Below are positions 13,857 to 27,179 of a stretch of 64,000 bases of DNA, in pieces. The stretch's first letter is position 1. Every line of letters begins with the position of its first letter. The position numbers were made by a program, and so were the translations under genes. Below the pieces are notes generated by a model. That model was not told the origin of the DNA and ran no database searches. It saw only the letters and a list, made by a program, of their open reading frames with translations. The stretch spans positions 3,038,001 through 3,102,000 of the forward strand of contig CM007991.1 of assembly GCA_002189035.1 (NCBI GenBank). The letters are read 5' to 3'. The DNA comes from Utricularia gibba (lineage: Eukaryota; Plantae; Magnoliophyta).

Positions 13857-16406
13857 TCAGGCAACCGAAGGTTTCCTCCGGGCTGGGGAAAATGGGTAAG
13901 GGGAACATGATGATGGAGGCCGCTTCACGAACGGATGATTCAACAACTGAGAAGCAGTCGGGCGTCGACTGGGGTCGACTTGAAGGCACTGGAGAATGAA
14001 ATCCCGGGAATCACTCGAAAGAGAATCGGGGATCAGTGGCAGTTCTCCTCGCCCGATTCGGAACATTGCAGCCATCTGTGTCATATGAGGGAAGAAGAAT
14101 ACATGAAGAGGTAGCTATTCCAAGATAAAAGCTGCCCGTGTGATCGTGATAGCATGATGTTTAGGAGAAGGGGTTGCTTCCACTTACACACTCCATATTG
14201 CCGTATGGAAAGCGGCCGGTTAGCATTTCCAATACTGTGCATCCGAGACCCCAAATATCAGCTGCCAGGCCGTAGCCTTCGCACTTAACGACCTGCAGGA
14301 GTAAACAGCTTCGTCGTATCAAGTAACCAGATCAAAAGATGTGAGCTTGAGGGTAGAAGACAAGAGACACCACCTCAGGTGCCATCCAGTATGCAGTGCC
14401 CTTGCAAGACTTTACATCATTTGTCCTTGTTAGCTGCGGAACAGTCAACCCAAAAGAAAAATGTAAGCTTCACAAAGAAATCGTACAACGCTATACACAA
14501 AAAAATAAAGGAACTGAGAAACGGACCTTGGCAAGGCCAAAATCTGCAAGTTTTACTGAACCATCAGCGTGCACCAGTATATTTGCACACTTGATGTCCC
14601 TGCAAGTGAGGGATCACAGACTCCGTTAAATACAGCAAGTAAGCAAATTCTCAAGCTTTCTGGAGCACCAAGTAGGAGTGGACTCATTGGCATAGAAAAG
14701 AAAGAAACTAAGTGGGATGTATAATCACCTGTGCACGACATTTCTACAATGCAGATATTTCAGGCCATGCAGAATTTGACGCGTGTAGGTGCAAACTTGT
14801 GAATCTCGAAGAGTGTATCTTCGATAAAGGCTCAAAAGGGAGCCTTTAGTAACCAGCTCAAGAAAAATATAGAGATTTGATTCATCCTACAGAATAGGAA
14901 ACACAACACATTCAAAATTTGCAATGCTGACCACAGGAGGAAACAAACAGACATCGACTATGTGATTCATGGCGGTGGATGGTCATAGAAAAGGGGTTCC
15001 ATAAAACCATCTGAAATATATGAAACTAGTACCTTCTTTGTGCCATAATACTGGACAATGTTCTCGTGCTCAAAACGACTTAGAAGAGCAATTTCCTTGA
15101 CAGTTCACAAAGGAAAATAAACAGATAAGAAGAGGCAGATAGGGAAGGTGTGATTCCCAAAGGAATCATCTGAACAACTAGTTGAAAATGAAGTAAAAGA
15201 AATTTACCTGCTCAATTTGAAGAATTCGTTGCTTCCCTTCTTCACCATGGTCAAGAAGAGAAACTTCCTTCACGGCAAAAAAGAAACCATCACTGCATCA
15301 AGGCAAATGCAAATGTTCATTACATCAACCATGAAGCATGACTACATGCGTAATAGGTACAAAAGTAGCTGCCATCCTCAGTGTTCAGACTTACTCAGCG
15401 ATTCCTTCATAAACAGATCCAAATGATCCACGACCAAGCAGCTCACCCTTCTGCCACTCCGAAATAACTCGATTAGATCTTCCATCAGGTGAGAAATTCG
15501 GTGTTTGCTCGGTTGTTGTACTCGAAGAATCATCGTCAATGGAATTTGATGTAAAATATCCATGGCGCAAACCACTATCTTCGTTACCAAGGATCCTTTC
15601 CAGGCTACCCTCCTGTTCTCTGTCATCGATTTCTGTCACAACAGAATCCTCGTGGCCTTCTTCATTCACGCACATATAAAATCCCTTCTTGGATCTCAAA
15701 ACACTCGGGTACACTTTGCCAAGTGCTTGTAATGGAACTGGAGGTTCTAGAATTGGGGGTCGCACGCCATTAATGCCATTTCCTCGAAATTCATTGGATC
15801 TTTCAACAAGAAGACTCAAATTCTCTTCTTTTACACGAAATCTGCTATTATCAACATCTGTATATCTATCTGCATCTTCAAGATGAATATCCACATCATT
15901 ATTCCTATGGATATCAGAATTCTCATACCCCTCGTTAACATCAGAGGTGACGGACAGCTCGACAACTTCATCATCAAAAATATCATCTACTTCTCTACCC
16001 AGAGACTCTAGGGCACGAAGGAGCTTATCAGAAGAAGAAGATCGAACTTTCATATCTTCATACTCATCAGAGGCTATACACAAATCCTCTACCCAGAAAA
16101 ACCAAGTAATCTGCACAAATTCTCAACTTCACCATCCACACCATCTACACGAAAGCTTGCCTTTCCCCCACTCAACTCAAACCGGCTCAGCATATAATCT
16201 TCCGAGCAGAAGCTCGATCTCGACGAAGAAGCTGACGTGGGAACGGAGCACTCGTAATCGATGTTCTTCTTGGCGTTTCGCCGCTCGAGCCTTGGCTTCC
16301 TTTTTGAAGTTCGACTACTGGATTTAAAATCGGCGGATGAACCAGGATCCTCCTCATGCCCGCGGTGGTTTCCGCTATGTTGGAAGATTTTTGGTAGCCG
16401 ATTCAT
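13857..16406 (-). CDS. MEKK1-like MAP kinase kinase kinase (one-base frameshift at 16092-16094 in this sequence)
   Basis: N-terminal [15 protein letters not shown] motif; the kinase exons join cleanly ([37 protein letters not shown]). Exon 1 is broken by GGG TAG unless one G is added. Confidence 0.9.
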
Positions 16407-16723
16407 TGTTACGGAGAGCAGCGAGATTCTTAGCCACCCCTATCTCCACTCTGCTTCAAAGCTTGGCTTCTCAAAACGAGTTTTTTCAGCTGGGTTTGCT
16501 TCCTACCTGCAAAACCCCGTCCTCGAATGACTGACTTCCCATCTGGGTCAACTCATCATCACACCCCATTAAAAAGACTAATCAAACATGAGTCATAAAA
16601 CATAACCATTGAATAAAGACGATTAAAAGAGTGCCTTTTTTCGTCGTTTGCGTTAAAAAGGTGGCTTTTTAGATTCGTTTCATATTTCACGGTGCGAAAG
16701 CAACAGCCGATCGGAGGAGGAGA

Positions 16724-18470
16724 ATGGCTTTTTCTGGCTGCAGTTTTACAGCAGCCTCCTTCAACCAAAACCGGCCCGGAAGCTGCTTTCCTCCACATGA
16801 TTCCCTCACGGAATCAATATGCTTGTCCAGGCAGTCGAGTTTATCATCTCTGTCTTTTCGTGCTAATCGAAATTACTCGAGAACGCAGTTCAAGAAATCG
16901 TCACCTAATCATCTGGTAAAATGCGTTTAATTTCTTTGATTTTCCGAAAGAAAAATTCATTCCAAAGAGGCCTATGCTTTTGTCAATCGGCAGGTGGTTA
17001 TCTCCGCAAAAAAGCCTGAGCCTTTGAAAGTAATGATAGCAGGAGCCCCTGCTTCTGGTAAAGGAACTCAATGCGAGCTTATTACCAAGAAGGTAAACCT
17101 TTCCCCTGGTTGCCCACTTCATTTCAGTAGTCTTTGTTTTCCTGCTTCAACAGTTTTATTTTTGGTCGAAGGGATTTCCCTTGCAAACACCAATGTTTCA
17201 GATTCTTCATCCTTTATTTTTTTTCAAATACCTCGAAAAATCTTCCTTGCAGTATGATCTGGTTCACGTAGCCACAGGAGATCTTCTCAGAGCAGAAGTT
17301 GCCGCTGGAACAGGAAATGGGAAGTTAGCAAAAGAGTATATGGAAAAGGGGCAGCTTGTGCCGAATGAGATAGTTGTCATGGTACCTTAAATATCTTTAA
17401 TGACTGCCTCCCCTCTAGATGCTAGAATCATTTGGGCCAGCAACCATGAAATATGTGGAAGGATCCCATTTTAAAGCTGGGATTACATTTATTATCCCAT
17501 GAATAGGTCAAGACATATACTTGTAAATCTGATGAAATTAGTACTGCCTCGAGTTTTACCTCAAAGCCATCTCATTTATTCACATTTACCTCACGTCCCT
17601 CTTTTAGATGGTCAAGGATCGCTTGTCTCAGCTGGATGCTCGAGAAAAAGGCTGGCTTCTGGATGGATTTCCAAGGAGTGAATCCCAAGCTATTGCTCTC
17701 AAGAATTTTGGTTTTAATCCAGATATCTTCATTCTTCTCGATGTGAGTCTTTCTGTTGCTCTTGATGCACTATCTCCGATAATCTTCGACTGTTTCCTTG
17801 CACTACCCTGCCTTCTCTTGGACATAAGAACCTTCTTTTTTTTTTCACTTTTTAAAGTACTCTTCATGCTGAAATAATATTCTCAGACAAGTTTAAGTTC
17901 TTTGAAGTGTCTGAGTCTTGCTAGAGTAGTCATGCATAAAATTTAGTTTGTGTACAGGTTCCTGAGGAGATTCTTGTTGAGAGAGTTGTTGGCCGGAGAC
18001 TAGATCCTCTTACAGGGAAAATATACCATCTTACATACTCCCCTCCTGAAACCGAGGAAATTGCTGCAAGACTTACTCAGCGGTTTGATGACACTGAAGA
18101 TAAGGCATGCATGCCGCCCTTTCAAGCATGAACCATTGCAGAGGCCAAGTTTATTTAATGATGACAATGATTCATGAGTTCTTTGCTTTCAGGTTAAACT
18201 TCGCCTGCAAACTCATAACAACAACGTGAAGGCCGTGGTGTCGTTGTACGAAGATATAATGGTTGAAGTATGTCAAAGTCACCAGCTCCAGCTCCTTACC
18301 ATCTGATTTTATGAGTATAACTGCAGTTTACATGACTTCTATGATCTGTATATCTCCTGCAGGTGGATGGAACCCTCCCCAAACTGGAGGTTTTTTCGAA
18401 GATCGATGCAGTTCTATCGGCTTTACACGAAGAAAAGTCGCTTGCTTTACAATCGCAGCAGGCTGAATAA
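16724..18470 (+). CDS. Plastid adenylate kinase (AMK2-like)
   Basis: Ser-rich transit peptide, P-loop GAPASGKGT, GWLLDGFPR and GRRLDP; seven exons, one with a GC donor at 18105. Confidence 0.9.
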
Positions 18471-18651
18471 TGCACCCAACTGTGGATCTGGACAAGGGAA
18501 CAATGCTACATGTACTGCAATTCAAAGTTGGGAATGCATTGTCACTGTAAAGATTGATGTTGGATAGCAGTTGTAATGCGTTTAAGTACCAGAGTTCTGC
18601 TGTGGACGTTCTTGCAGTCTCTGCTGTTGTAAGAAGAGGGCCAAGTTTGAA

Positions 18652-18722
18652 TGGGCCGACATATGGGCACTTGACAATTCATTGACAGGCCCAGGATTGG
18701 ATTTGCGGCCCAATAACAAGAG
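18652..18722. promoter_or_regulatory. Three site II motifs upstream of HSP70-17
   Basis: TGGGCC at 18652; GGCCCA at 18688 and 18717; a CCACGTG G-box lies at about 18770. Confidence 0.4.
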
Positions 18723-18925
18723 TTCAATTCACCCGAAGAATCACAACGCATAGCGCGAGTCACATTCCGCCACGTGTTCTTTGAGCCAGATGTTCGGCGT
18801 CCATTGGCCAGGTGCCTCGTTCTATTCTGTTCCGACTTGCAACAAATTCTTCGTCATCATTTCTAAACACACGGAAAAAAGGTTGAAAAGCCTTCATCGG
18901 CAACGGGATCGTTGCGCGCCAGAAA

Positions 18926-21900
18926 ATGGAGAGTACTGCCGCGCTACGGTGCACATTGCTCTTCCTCTCCTTCTTTCTGTTGAATTCTATACAGTGCCAG
19001 TCGGTGGCGGTGGCGGTCATAGATCTTGGCTCCGAATGGATGAAAGTCGCCGTGGTCAACCCTAAACCTGGACAGGCGCCGATATCGATCGCGATCAATG
19101 AGATGTCGAAGCGCAAGACCCCGACGCTTATCAGTTTTCATTCTGGTATTCGATTGATCGGCGAGGAGTCACTGAACCTGCTCGCACGTTACCCCACTAA
19201 GGTTTACTCGCAACTTCCGGCCCTACTTTCGAAACCTTACGGTTACACACGCGATTTTTTCCAAAAGTTCTACTTAAGTTACGAGATCGCACCCGATGAA
19301 ACGCGGGATGTGGCAGTGTTCCAGGATATAAGCCTGGAAATTCGCAATCTCACGGCGGAGGAGATGGTGGGGATGATACTCAAGTATGCCGTTGGTCTGG
19401 CGGAGACTCATTCAAAAACAAATATTAGAGATGTGGTCATTACCGTGCCTCCATTCACTGGGGTGGCGGAGAGACGGGCAATGCTGACTGCAGCGAATTT
19501 GGCTGGATTGAATGTTTTATCTCTAGTTAATGAGCATAGCGGCGCTGCTTTGCAGTACAGCATTGACAAAGATTTCTCCAATGGATCTCGGAATGTAGTC
19601 TTTTACGACATGGGGGCGAGCAGTACTTATGCCGCATTGGTATATTTTTCTGCTTACAACGCCAAGGAAGGTGGGAAGAGTGTGTCCATTAACCAATTCC
19701 AGGTATTTCACTAACAAAGTGTATGATGGTACCTTGTTCTACTTCGGTTGCAATAAAGGATGGTTAATATACCTGGAAGTTGTTCTAGGTGAAGGATGTC
19801 AGGTGGGATGCAGAACTTGGAGGACAACACATGGAATTGAGGTTGGTTAACTATTTTGCCGAAGAGTTCAATAGGCAGCTTGGGAATGGGATCGATATCC
19901 GGGATTCTTCCAAGGCTATGGCAAAGCTGAAAAAGCAAGTTAAGCGCACAAAAGAAATCTTGAGTGCCAACATGGCAGCTCCGATTTCTGTAGAATCACT
20001 ATATGATGATCTTGACTTCAGGTTAGCAGATACACTTTTTTTCTTTCCCTTACTCATTGTGGTATCTTTAGGTTCAGGGCGTTAATCATTTATCATGGGT
20101 TGAATTGTTTTCATCTATCTTGGATGCATCCCATCTCTCCAGGAGCACTATCACCCGTGAAAAGTTCGAAGAGCTTTGTCAAGATATTTTTGAAAAGGCT
20201 CTTGTTCCTCTTAAAGAACTTCTCAAGAATTCTGGCTTGACTGTTGATGACTTGTATGCAGTTGAATTGATCGGTGGTGCCACTCGAGTCCCAAAGTTGC
20301 AGGTCTTTATTTTTCTCCTTTTGATTCTATTTGGAACATTTTTAATCATATTCAAATCATTGCTGTAGTCATATTAAATACTAGAATCACTGTGTTAAAT
20401 TTATACTTCTGTGAACTTCATTCAGATATTAATCTTCGTGTTCACTGAACTGCTAAAAATTTTCTCTCGTAAGTTGTTCTTTTAGTGATCTTCATTGTTG
20501 AGCTGCTTATTCACTGAACAATATACCTACGTTTTTAAAAATTTATACTTTTTGAACTTGATTTCCATAGAATTGGCTCCAGAAGAGTTAACCTTTTTTC
20601 GCATGCCATCCCCTTTTACAGGCTAAGATACAGGAATTCCTGGGTAGGAAGGAATTAGATAAACATCTGGATGCTGATGAAGCCACCGTCTTAGGCGCCT
20701 CAATACATGCTGCCAATTTGAGTGATGGAATCAGATTAAATCGTAAGCTAGGAATGATTGATGGCTCTTGCTATAGTTTTGTCTTTGAAGTGGATGGTGA
20801 TGGTCTTTCGAAGGATGAAAATACTCGGCAGCTGGTTGTGCCTAGAATGAAAAAGATTCCAAGCAAGGTAGATGACATCAGTGTCTTACAACGTGTTTAT
20901 GTTCTATCAATCTGATGAATGGGTGATTAAATTGTACTGCAGATGTTTCGATCAGTCACTCACAACAAGGACTTCGAAGTTTCACTGGCATATGAAGCAG
21001 AAATGCCCCTGGTTCCTCTAACGCCTTTGCGAAATATGAGATCATAGGTCTTAGTGATGCAAGTACAAAGTATGAATTTACGTGTACTACATTCCCTTCC
21101 TATCGTATATATTTGTCAAGCAGCATTGCTTAATTTTTTTAAGTTCCCAAATCCAGGTACTCATCACGGAATCTTTCATCGCCGATCAAGGCTAACTTAC
21201 ACTTCTCTCTCAGCAAAAGTGGTGTGTTTTCATTGGATAGAGCGGAGGCTGTCATTGAGATAACTGAATGGGTGGATGTTCCACGTAAGAATTTGACAGT
21301 AGACAACTCAACATCTGCTTCTCCAAATACCACAACTGGAGCTGGGAATGTTAATGAGAAAAATGACAGTCTAGAAGCAGGCAGTGAAATCAATAACACG
21401 ACAGGCCTTGGAGATCATGATACTACCACCACGACGCTTGATACTGAAAAGAAGCTGAAAAAACGGACTTTTAAGGTCCCCCTCAAGGTATTGGGGATTA
21501 ATTTGAAGATTGAACTTTAGGATTTTTAAATTCTGATAATATTTCGACTTCATTTCATAATGCCTTTTTAGGTCACTGAGAAGACAGCAGGGCCTGGAAT
21601 GCCCCTATCAAAAGAATCTCTTGCTGAGGGTATACTTAAAATATCTTTATTAGACAAAAAGGATGCAGAAAGGAGGAGAACAGCTGAGTTGAAAAATAAT
21701 TTGGAGGGGTACATATATTCTACGAAAGACAAAGTAAGATGGAGGATGATAACCCCCACCCACCCCCAGCAATCCTTTCTATGTATTCATAATTTTGTTT
21801 CTTCATCCTTTCAGCTTGAGTCTGGTGAGCTCAGTAAAGTATCGGTGGAAAAGGAACGCCAGTCTTTTATTGAAAAACTTAATGAGGTTTTTTTTTTTTT

Positions 21901-23414
21901 TTCATATGTAGCCAACTTCTCCAGTTTCTTACCCTGAATTTTTTAGCTTAATTTTTCTTCAAGTATCCAATCTTGAGTGTTGGTGTAATGTCATGGTTCA
22001 GGCGGAGGATTGGTTGTATACTGATGGTGAAGATGCTTCTGCAACCAAATTTGAGGAGAAACTGGATATGCTTAAGGCTGTTGGTGATCCTATATTCTTC
22101 AGGTTTGGCGAAATACTCTTATAAATTTAGGTTGATTAGAAAATGATTTACGGGAACTGTAGGTTTACATGCACTTATTTTATATAGATACAATGAGCTC
22201 ACTGCACGGCCAGCTGCATCCAAGCAGGCACAGAATTACTTATCATCGTTGCAACAGGTAAAATGTTCTCATTTCATGTGGATTATTCTTTTTTTTTTCA
22301 ACAATCTTTAGAGAGAGTACTTTTGTTTCCTTCATCAAACTATTGTGGATGCACATTGTTCTGAATATTTAGAGCTTGTAGATGAACAACATGCATATCT
22401 ACATTTAACCTCTTATTTTTTTCATCAAAATATTAGATTGTGCAAGGGTGGGAGAAAGATAAATCTTGGCTACCCAAAGAGAGGATCAATGAGGTAATAT
22501 AACTTAGTTCACCATATATGAGAATGAAGAGTTTTCATATCAGCTTAAAACATATTTTCGTATTAGGTCATTCAAGAAGCTGATAGCTTTAAAATATGGC
22601 TTGCTGAAAAGGAGGCTGAGCAAAAGAAGTAAGGTTTTTTGCATCCTGGTTTTGTTATTTGGATGATTTCCACAAGTTGGTATATGTTAGTGATGATCAA
22701 GGGATGTGGTTTCTAGACTGTAAATTATGTCAGAAGGTAAAAAGCTGGGACATTTTTAGTATGCTGAATCTAGAAAACCGTAGTTGGCAAAGGAAAAAGA
22801 AAAAAGACCGAATGAGTAGCATTCTGTGCCACAAATTCTTTCCTCGTCAAAAATAATGCAACCTGTGACCATTTATATTCACCTTTTTTTTTTTAACTCT
22901 AACAGGATTCCTAGTGAATTGAAACCAGCATTCACCTCGGATGAAGTTTATGAGAAGATTTTAAATATTCAGGACACGGTACTTGCACTTCTTTTTTACA
23001 AAATGTTATTGCACCTTTTTACTCGATGGCATATGTTGTCAAGTTGTAGTTCATCAGAGTCTTTCTTCACTCCTGAAACGAATCTTCTTCTCTGGTTTTG
23101 CTGCCCAAACCATTCAGTGATAACAATGTCTTTTACTGTTGTTTTTATCTACTTTTGTTTCATTTGTGTAGGTTGCGAGGGTTAACAAAATCCCAAAGCC
23201 TAAGCCAAAGGTTGAGAAACCCAAGGTTGGAACTGAGGGTGTAAGCGATAAAGAAAACACCACAGAGTCGGAAGGTGAGCCAAAGGCGGAGAAACCCAAG
23301 GTAGAAACTAAAGATGTAAGCGATAAAGAAGACGCCACTGAGTCTGCCTCTGGAGAATCGCCTTCATCTAAAGATGATACCGATCCCCAACCGGAGTTAC
23401 ACGATGAGCTGTGA
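18926..23414 (+). CDS. HSP70-17: ER-lumenal Hsp70-family nucleotide exchange factor HSP70-17/HYOU1 (GRP170); frameshift at 21006-21009
   Basis: Signal peptide, IDLGSEWMKVAVV, MSKRKTP, LIGGATRVPKLQ and a C-terminal HDEL. The exons join in frame except at one C-run. Confidence 0.92.
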
Positions 23415-24028
23415 TGTCACTTGAGGCATGTTACAATACAGCTAATTTCTGCTCCAGCCAAGAAATGAGCGGGAGATTTAGGCAGCAGGGAGGCGGTATT
23501 ATACTTCAAAATCTGTCGTATGCGTTATTTTTGGAGATCACTTAGACTGGACAGAAATGAGCAAAGATTTATGAGGCTTTTCATTCGGATAGTCACATTT
23601 CTGTTGTCCCTCCAGCTTGCATGCCTTCGACTGACTCTTAACTCAAAGGAGTATATGTAAGTACACCAGACGTGCGGCTGTGGCAAGATTCGTTTTTGGT
23701 TAAATCTATTAGTTCATTTGGTCATTCATTACATTCTTCTTATGGAGTTAATTCATGAACTTCGAACGCCAGGGAAAAGGGTGTGCATCGTATAGCACTT
23801 GCAGAGATTTCTGGTTGAAAATGTGTGGCAATGTTTACCATTATAAATCACAGGTTGCCCCTGAAAGAGACTACACCACAGCTGTAACTGTACATTATGT
23901 TTGCACACTCAAGCATCAGGATGCATACAACTGAAGCTCCCCACATGAAGGAAAAAAAGCACAAGTGAAGAGCCATCAACCAGAGAGGCATGAAAGAAGC
24001 AGCACTTTCTGGTGCTTCCAAATTACAG

Positions 24029-27000
24029 CTACCCACATTTTTCTCCTTCAGGCAAATCAATAGCAGTAGCAGGCAGAGAGCGGTGAACAAAAAATAGCAA
24101 CAGTTTCTTTTGCTTCTCATCAGCGTGAGGGATACTATCTTGGAGAAGCTCCACCGGCATCTCCCTGCTGATGGATCTTGCAGCAGCCTCTGAAGCAACT
24201 ATTTGTGGGTCTCGAGTAATCGATGATTGCATAATGCTATCATATTTTCTCACACAGTACTTTGTCAGAAAGTTGAAGAAGGCATCAAAGGAAGCCCGCC
24301 AAAGGACAGGATTTGGCTGGCTGTGGGTTCTGGCAGACAGAGGATTCTCTGTTACCTGCGCAGCTCTTACTAATACAGACTTCAGAACAACTGAGGCACC
24401 ATCTCCAGCAGGGCTACCTAGAGGGCGAAGAGGTGGTTGCTCAGTTGAACAAACCACTGCAGCCAGACAAGCACTTACCGCATTAAGATCCATTCCAGCA
24501 ACACATGCAGAAACTGCTCTGGAAAGCCCATGAATAGTATTAGCATCTTCAGGTTCTGATGGAAGGCTCCCGAACAGGAACCTTAAATGGCGAAATATAG
24601 CCATGCAAACAATCCGAGCAAGCTCACTACCAGGTAAAAGAAGATAAATAAACCTTGTAAGGAGTTTCCGTCCCTTGGAAATGGAAACTATTCTCAGAAA
24701 CACATTATCATACTCTGGAGAAAGCCCATTATTGTTACCAGTTTTGCCAAGGGGATCAGCCAGCTGAAGTGAAGCAGCTAATCCTTCTAAAAGAAGATGG
24801 CGTTTCCATCTAAGCTGGACTCCACCATCTGCAGGTTGTGTAAACTGTAAAAGACGATCAATGTCATCCACGTACAATAGCAGACAAAGACCATACTCTA
24901 TCAGGACCCTCACAGCAAACAATGGTTCCCGTTCCAAGGGCCTTTCAGTACTTTTCTGTTCAGAACTACTCTCCCCAAAAGAAACAGGAGTTTCAACTTC
25001 AAGAAGAGATTGAAGCTGACGTAGCAAAGAGTTGCCGATCCTCCCAAAACCATCAACCTGGAGATGTGCTTGAGATTCAGCACTCTTGCGGGAGCGTGAA
25101 GATTTTTCCTTTAAGTGGGAGGGACAGAATCGAAATTTTGACCTTGATTCAATGGACCTTTTTGCTAGACAAGCTTGGTGGTAGTAGTCATCTGCATAGG
25201 GATCATTTCCATGGGTTGCAGTCTGCTGAATCTTAAGAATGTTCTCTATCTCTTCCGAAGTCATGTACTTTGATCTGAATTCCGGAGAATCACTATCATT
25301 CCTGTGACAGCTAACATCAGAGAAATGATTGGTGAGCCTCAAGGAACTCTTGCCCTTCTGCGAAGACCTAGTTTTGGACTCTCTCCTAGTTGAAAATATA
25401 TCCTTGCAGCTGTGAGAATGTGAAGGCACAGTATTATATACTTGAGAAGACAAAGCAGGAAACTGGGATATAGACAACTGGGATGAATGGTGTAGTCTCT
25501 TCTGCTGTGTTGATACTACATGGGAAGGTAATAGCCAGTTTTGATGCTGACCACTTAGGATGGTGCCAGATGAAACTGAATTATCCCTATGAAGATGTGA
25601 AGGTTGGCCATTCCAGCGACTGTGCAGTTGACTGTTGCTGGAGAGTATAGGAGATGTAAGATAAGATGAGTTAATACTATTAGGAAGCATACGAGGCAAA
25701 CCATATGGATGCAGAAGTGGAGAATTATTCTGCTGAGTGAATGAAGAATGAGATCCACTGGAGTGAGGGAAAGTTTAAGTAGATGCGAACTGTTTAGAGA
25801 AATTTGATGAGATCCTGGTGGAGGGGAAGAAGGGTGAGATGTCGTTGGGCCTAATATAGGCTCACTAGAAAAGTCGTGCAGCTGTTGATGCTGCACTGGA
25901 TGCGATGAAGCTCTGCACAAAGGTTTTGATTCAGAAGGGTAAGGATCAGTGGAAAAGCATGGTAGCTCCTGATGTTCCAGATGAACAGGGTGCGAAGATG
26001 CTCTATACAATGGTTTAGACTCTGACAGAGATAACGAAGAGTAATGGAGCTGGGGCGACCATATCTTATTTTCTTCAGAGAGTTCAGAGTCAGAAAAATG
26101 ATGGTCAAACCAATCAGAAAAATCTGCTTCTCCCGTCCATTCGGTAGCAGAAGAACCTGAAGCAACTCTAGTACATCAGCAGTAGAAAGTAGTATCCCAA
26201 AAGCAGTTAACAGTCATACAGATAAATTATAAAAAAATTTTAAGCATGGATGACAAAAAACTCCAAGATGAACCAAAACAGTGTGCTCAAGTCTTACAAC
26301 TCACTTTCGCATGAGAAAGAACTAGATGCTCGCTGACCAATAATTCCAGGATGCCTAGGTTCAGAAACATGCTTTTTTATCTGCAAAATGCACAATATTT
26401 GAGGAAGATGGCGCGAGTGTAGGGACTATTTCACAAACTGATTAAGAATGAAATAAAAGCAAATTATGCTGCATCACCATAAGGAACCCCAGGAAGACAT
26501 GAAATGGTTTTTATGAAGATTTTCAGCAGATGAACGACCGATGCAGTTTTTGAGACAAATAATGGCAATAAAGTATACTAAAGCGAAGCACCTTAGCAAA
26601 AGTAGTTGTCATATCATCTACATCAGATAATGATCCCAATGCCATTCCCTGTAAGAACAAAATGAGTGTATATAAATGCTATAATTCCTCCTAAAAAAAT
26701 GAGTGATGGAATGTAACATTACTTTTATGAACACATAGAATATACAGATATTAACATGCACATATTCGTCAATTGACCTCGTATTTGTCAAGTAAATGAT
26801 ACTCGTTCAGTTCTTGATCCGCGCCACATTTTTCAGTACAGCCCGCTTTTTCATCTTCCAGGCTTCCAAATTTCTCATCATCAAGGATCTCCTTCCCAAA
26901 AAAGGCGTGATGTGACGCGTCAAACATCTCTCTATCTGAATACAGTATTAAAATGAACACAGCTTAACAGCTACAACAACTCCAAAAATGCAACACGCTT

Positions 27001-27179
27001 TTTATAATCAAATAAATTCACTAATTCAATGGAAAACGGTCAAAAACCCATATCCGTTCGAAACCCAAAGCACATTTTTTCCCTTTCCAACTGAAGCCGG
27101 CAAGGCTAAGCGAATAAGCAAGGAGAAAAGAGAGCTGCGAACCTGAAACTGAACTTCCGGAGAGTCTTCGGTACGTCAT
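24029..27179 (-). CDS. PAT1: mRNA decapping activator PAT1 homologue (frameshift near 25767-25769)
   Basis: FDASHHAFFG, GSLSDVDDMTTTFAK, FRSKYMTSEEIENIL...DPYADDYYHQA and SREMPVELL match plant PAT1 proteins; exons 1-4 have GT-AG junctions. Confidence 0.88.

Noticed and set aside
14207-14265. MEKK subdomain IX reads DIWGLG instead of DIWSLG
   Set aside because: It is a small-residue change, and the catalytic Lys, HRD, DFG and APE are intact.
18690-18830. ER stress elements (ERSE/UPRE) in the HSP70-17 promoter
   Set aside because: Only partial matches (ATTGGCCAGG and an isolated CCACGTG); the spacing does not fit CCAAT-N9/10-CCACG or ERSE-II.
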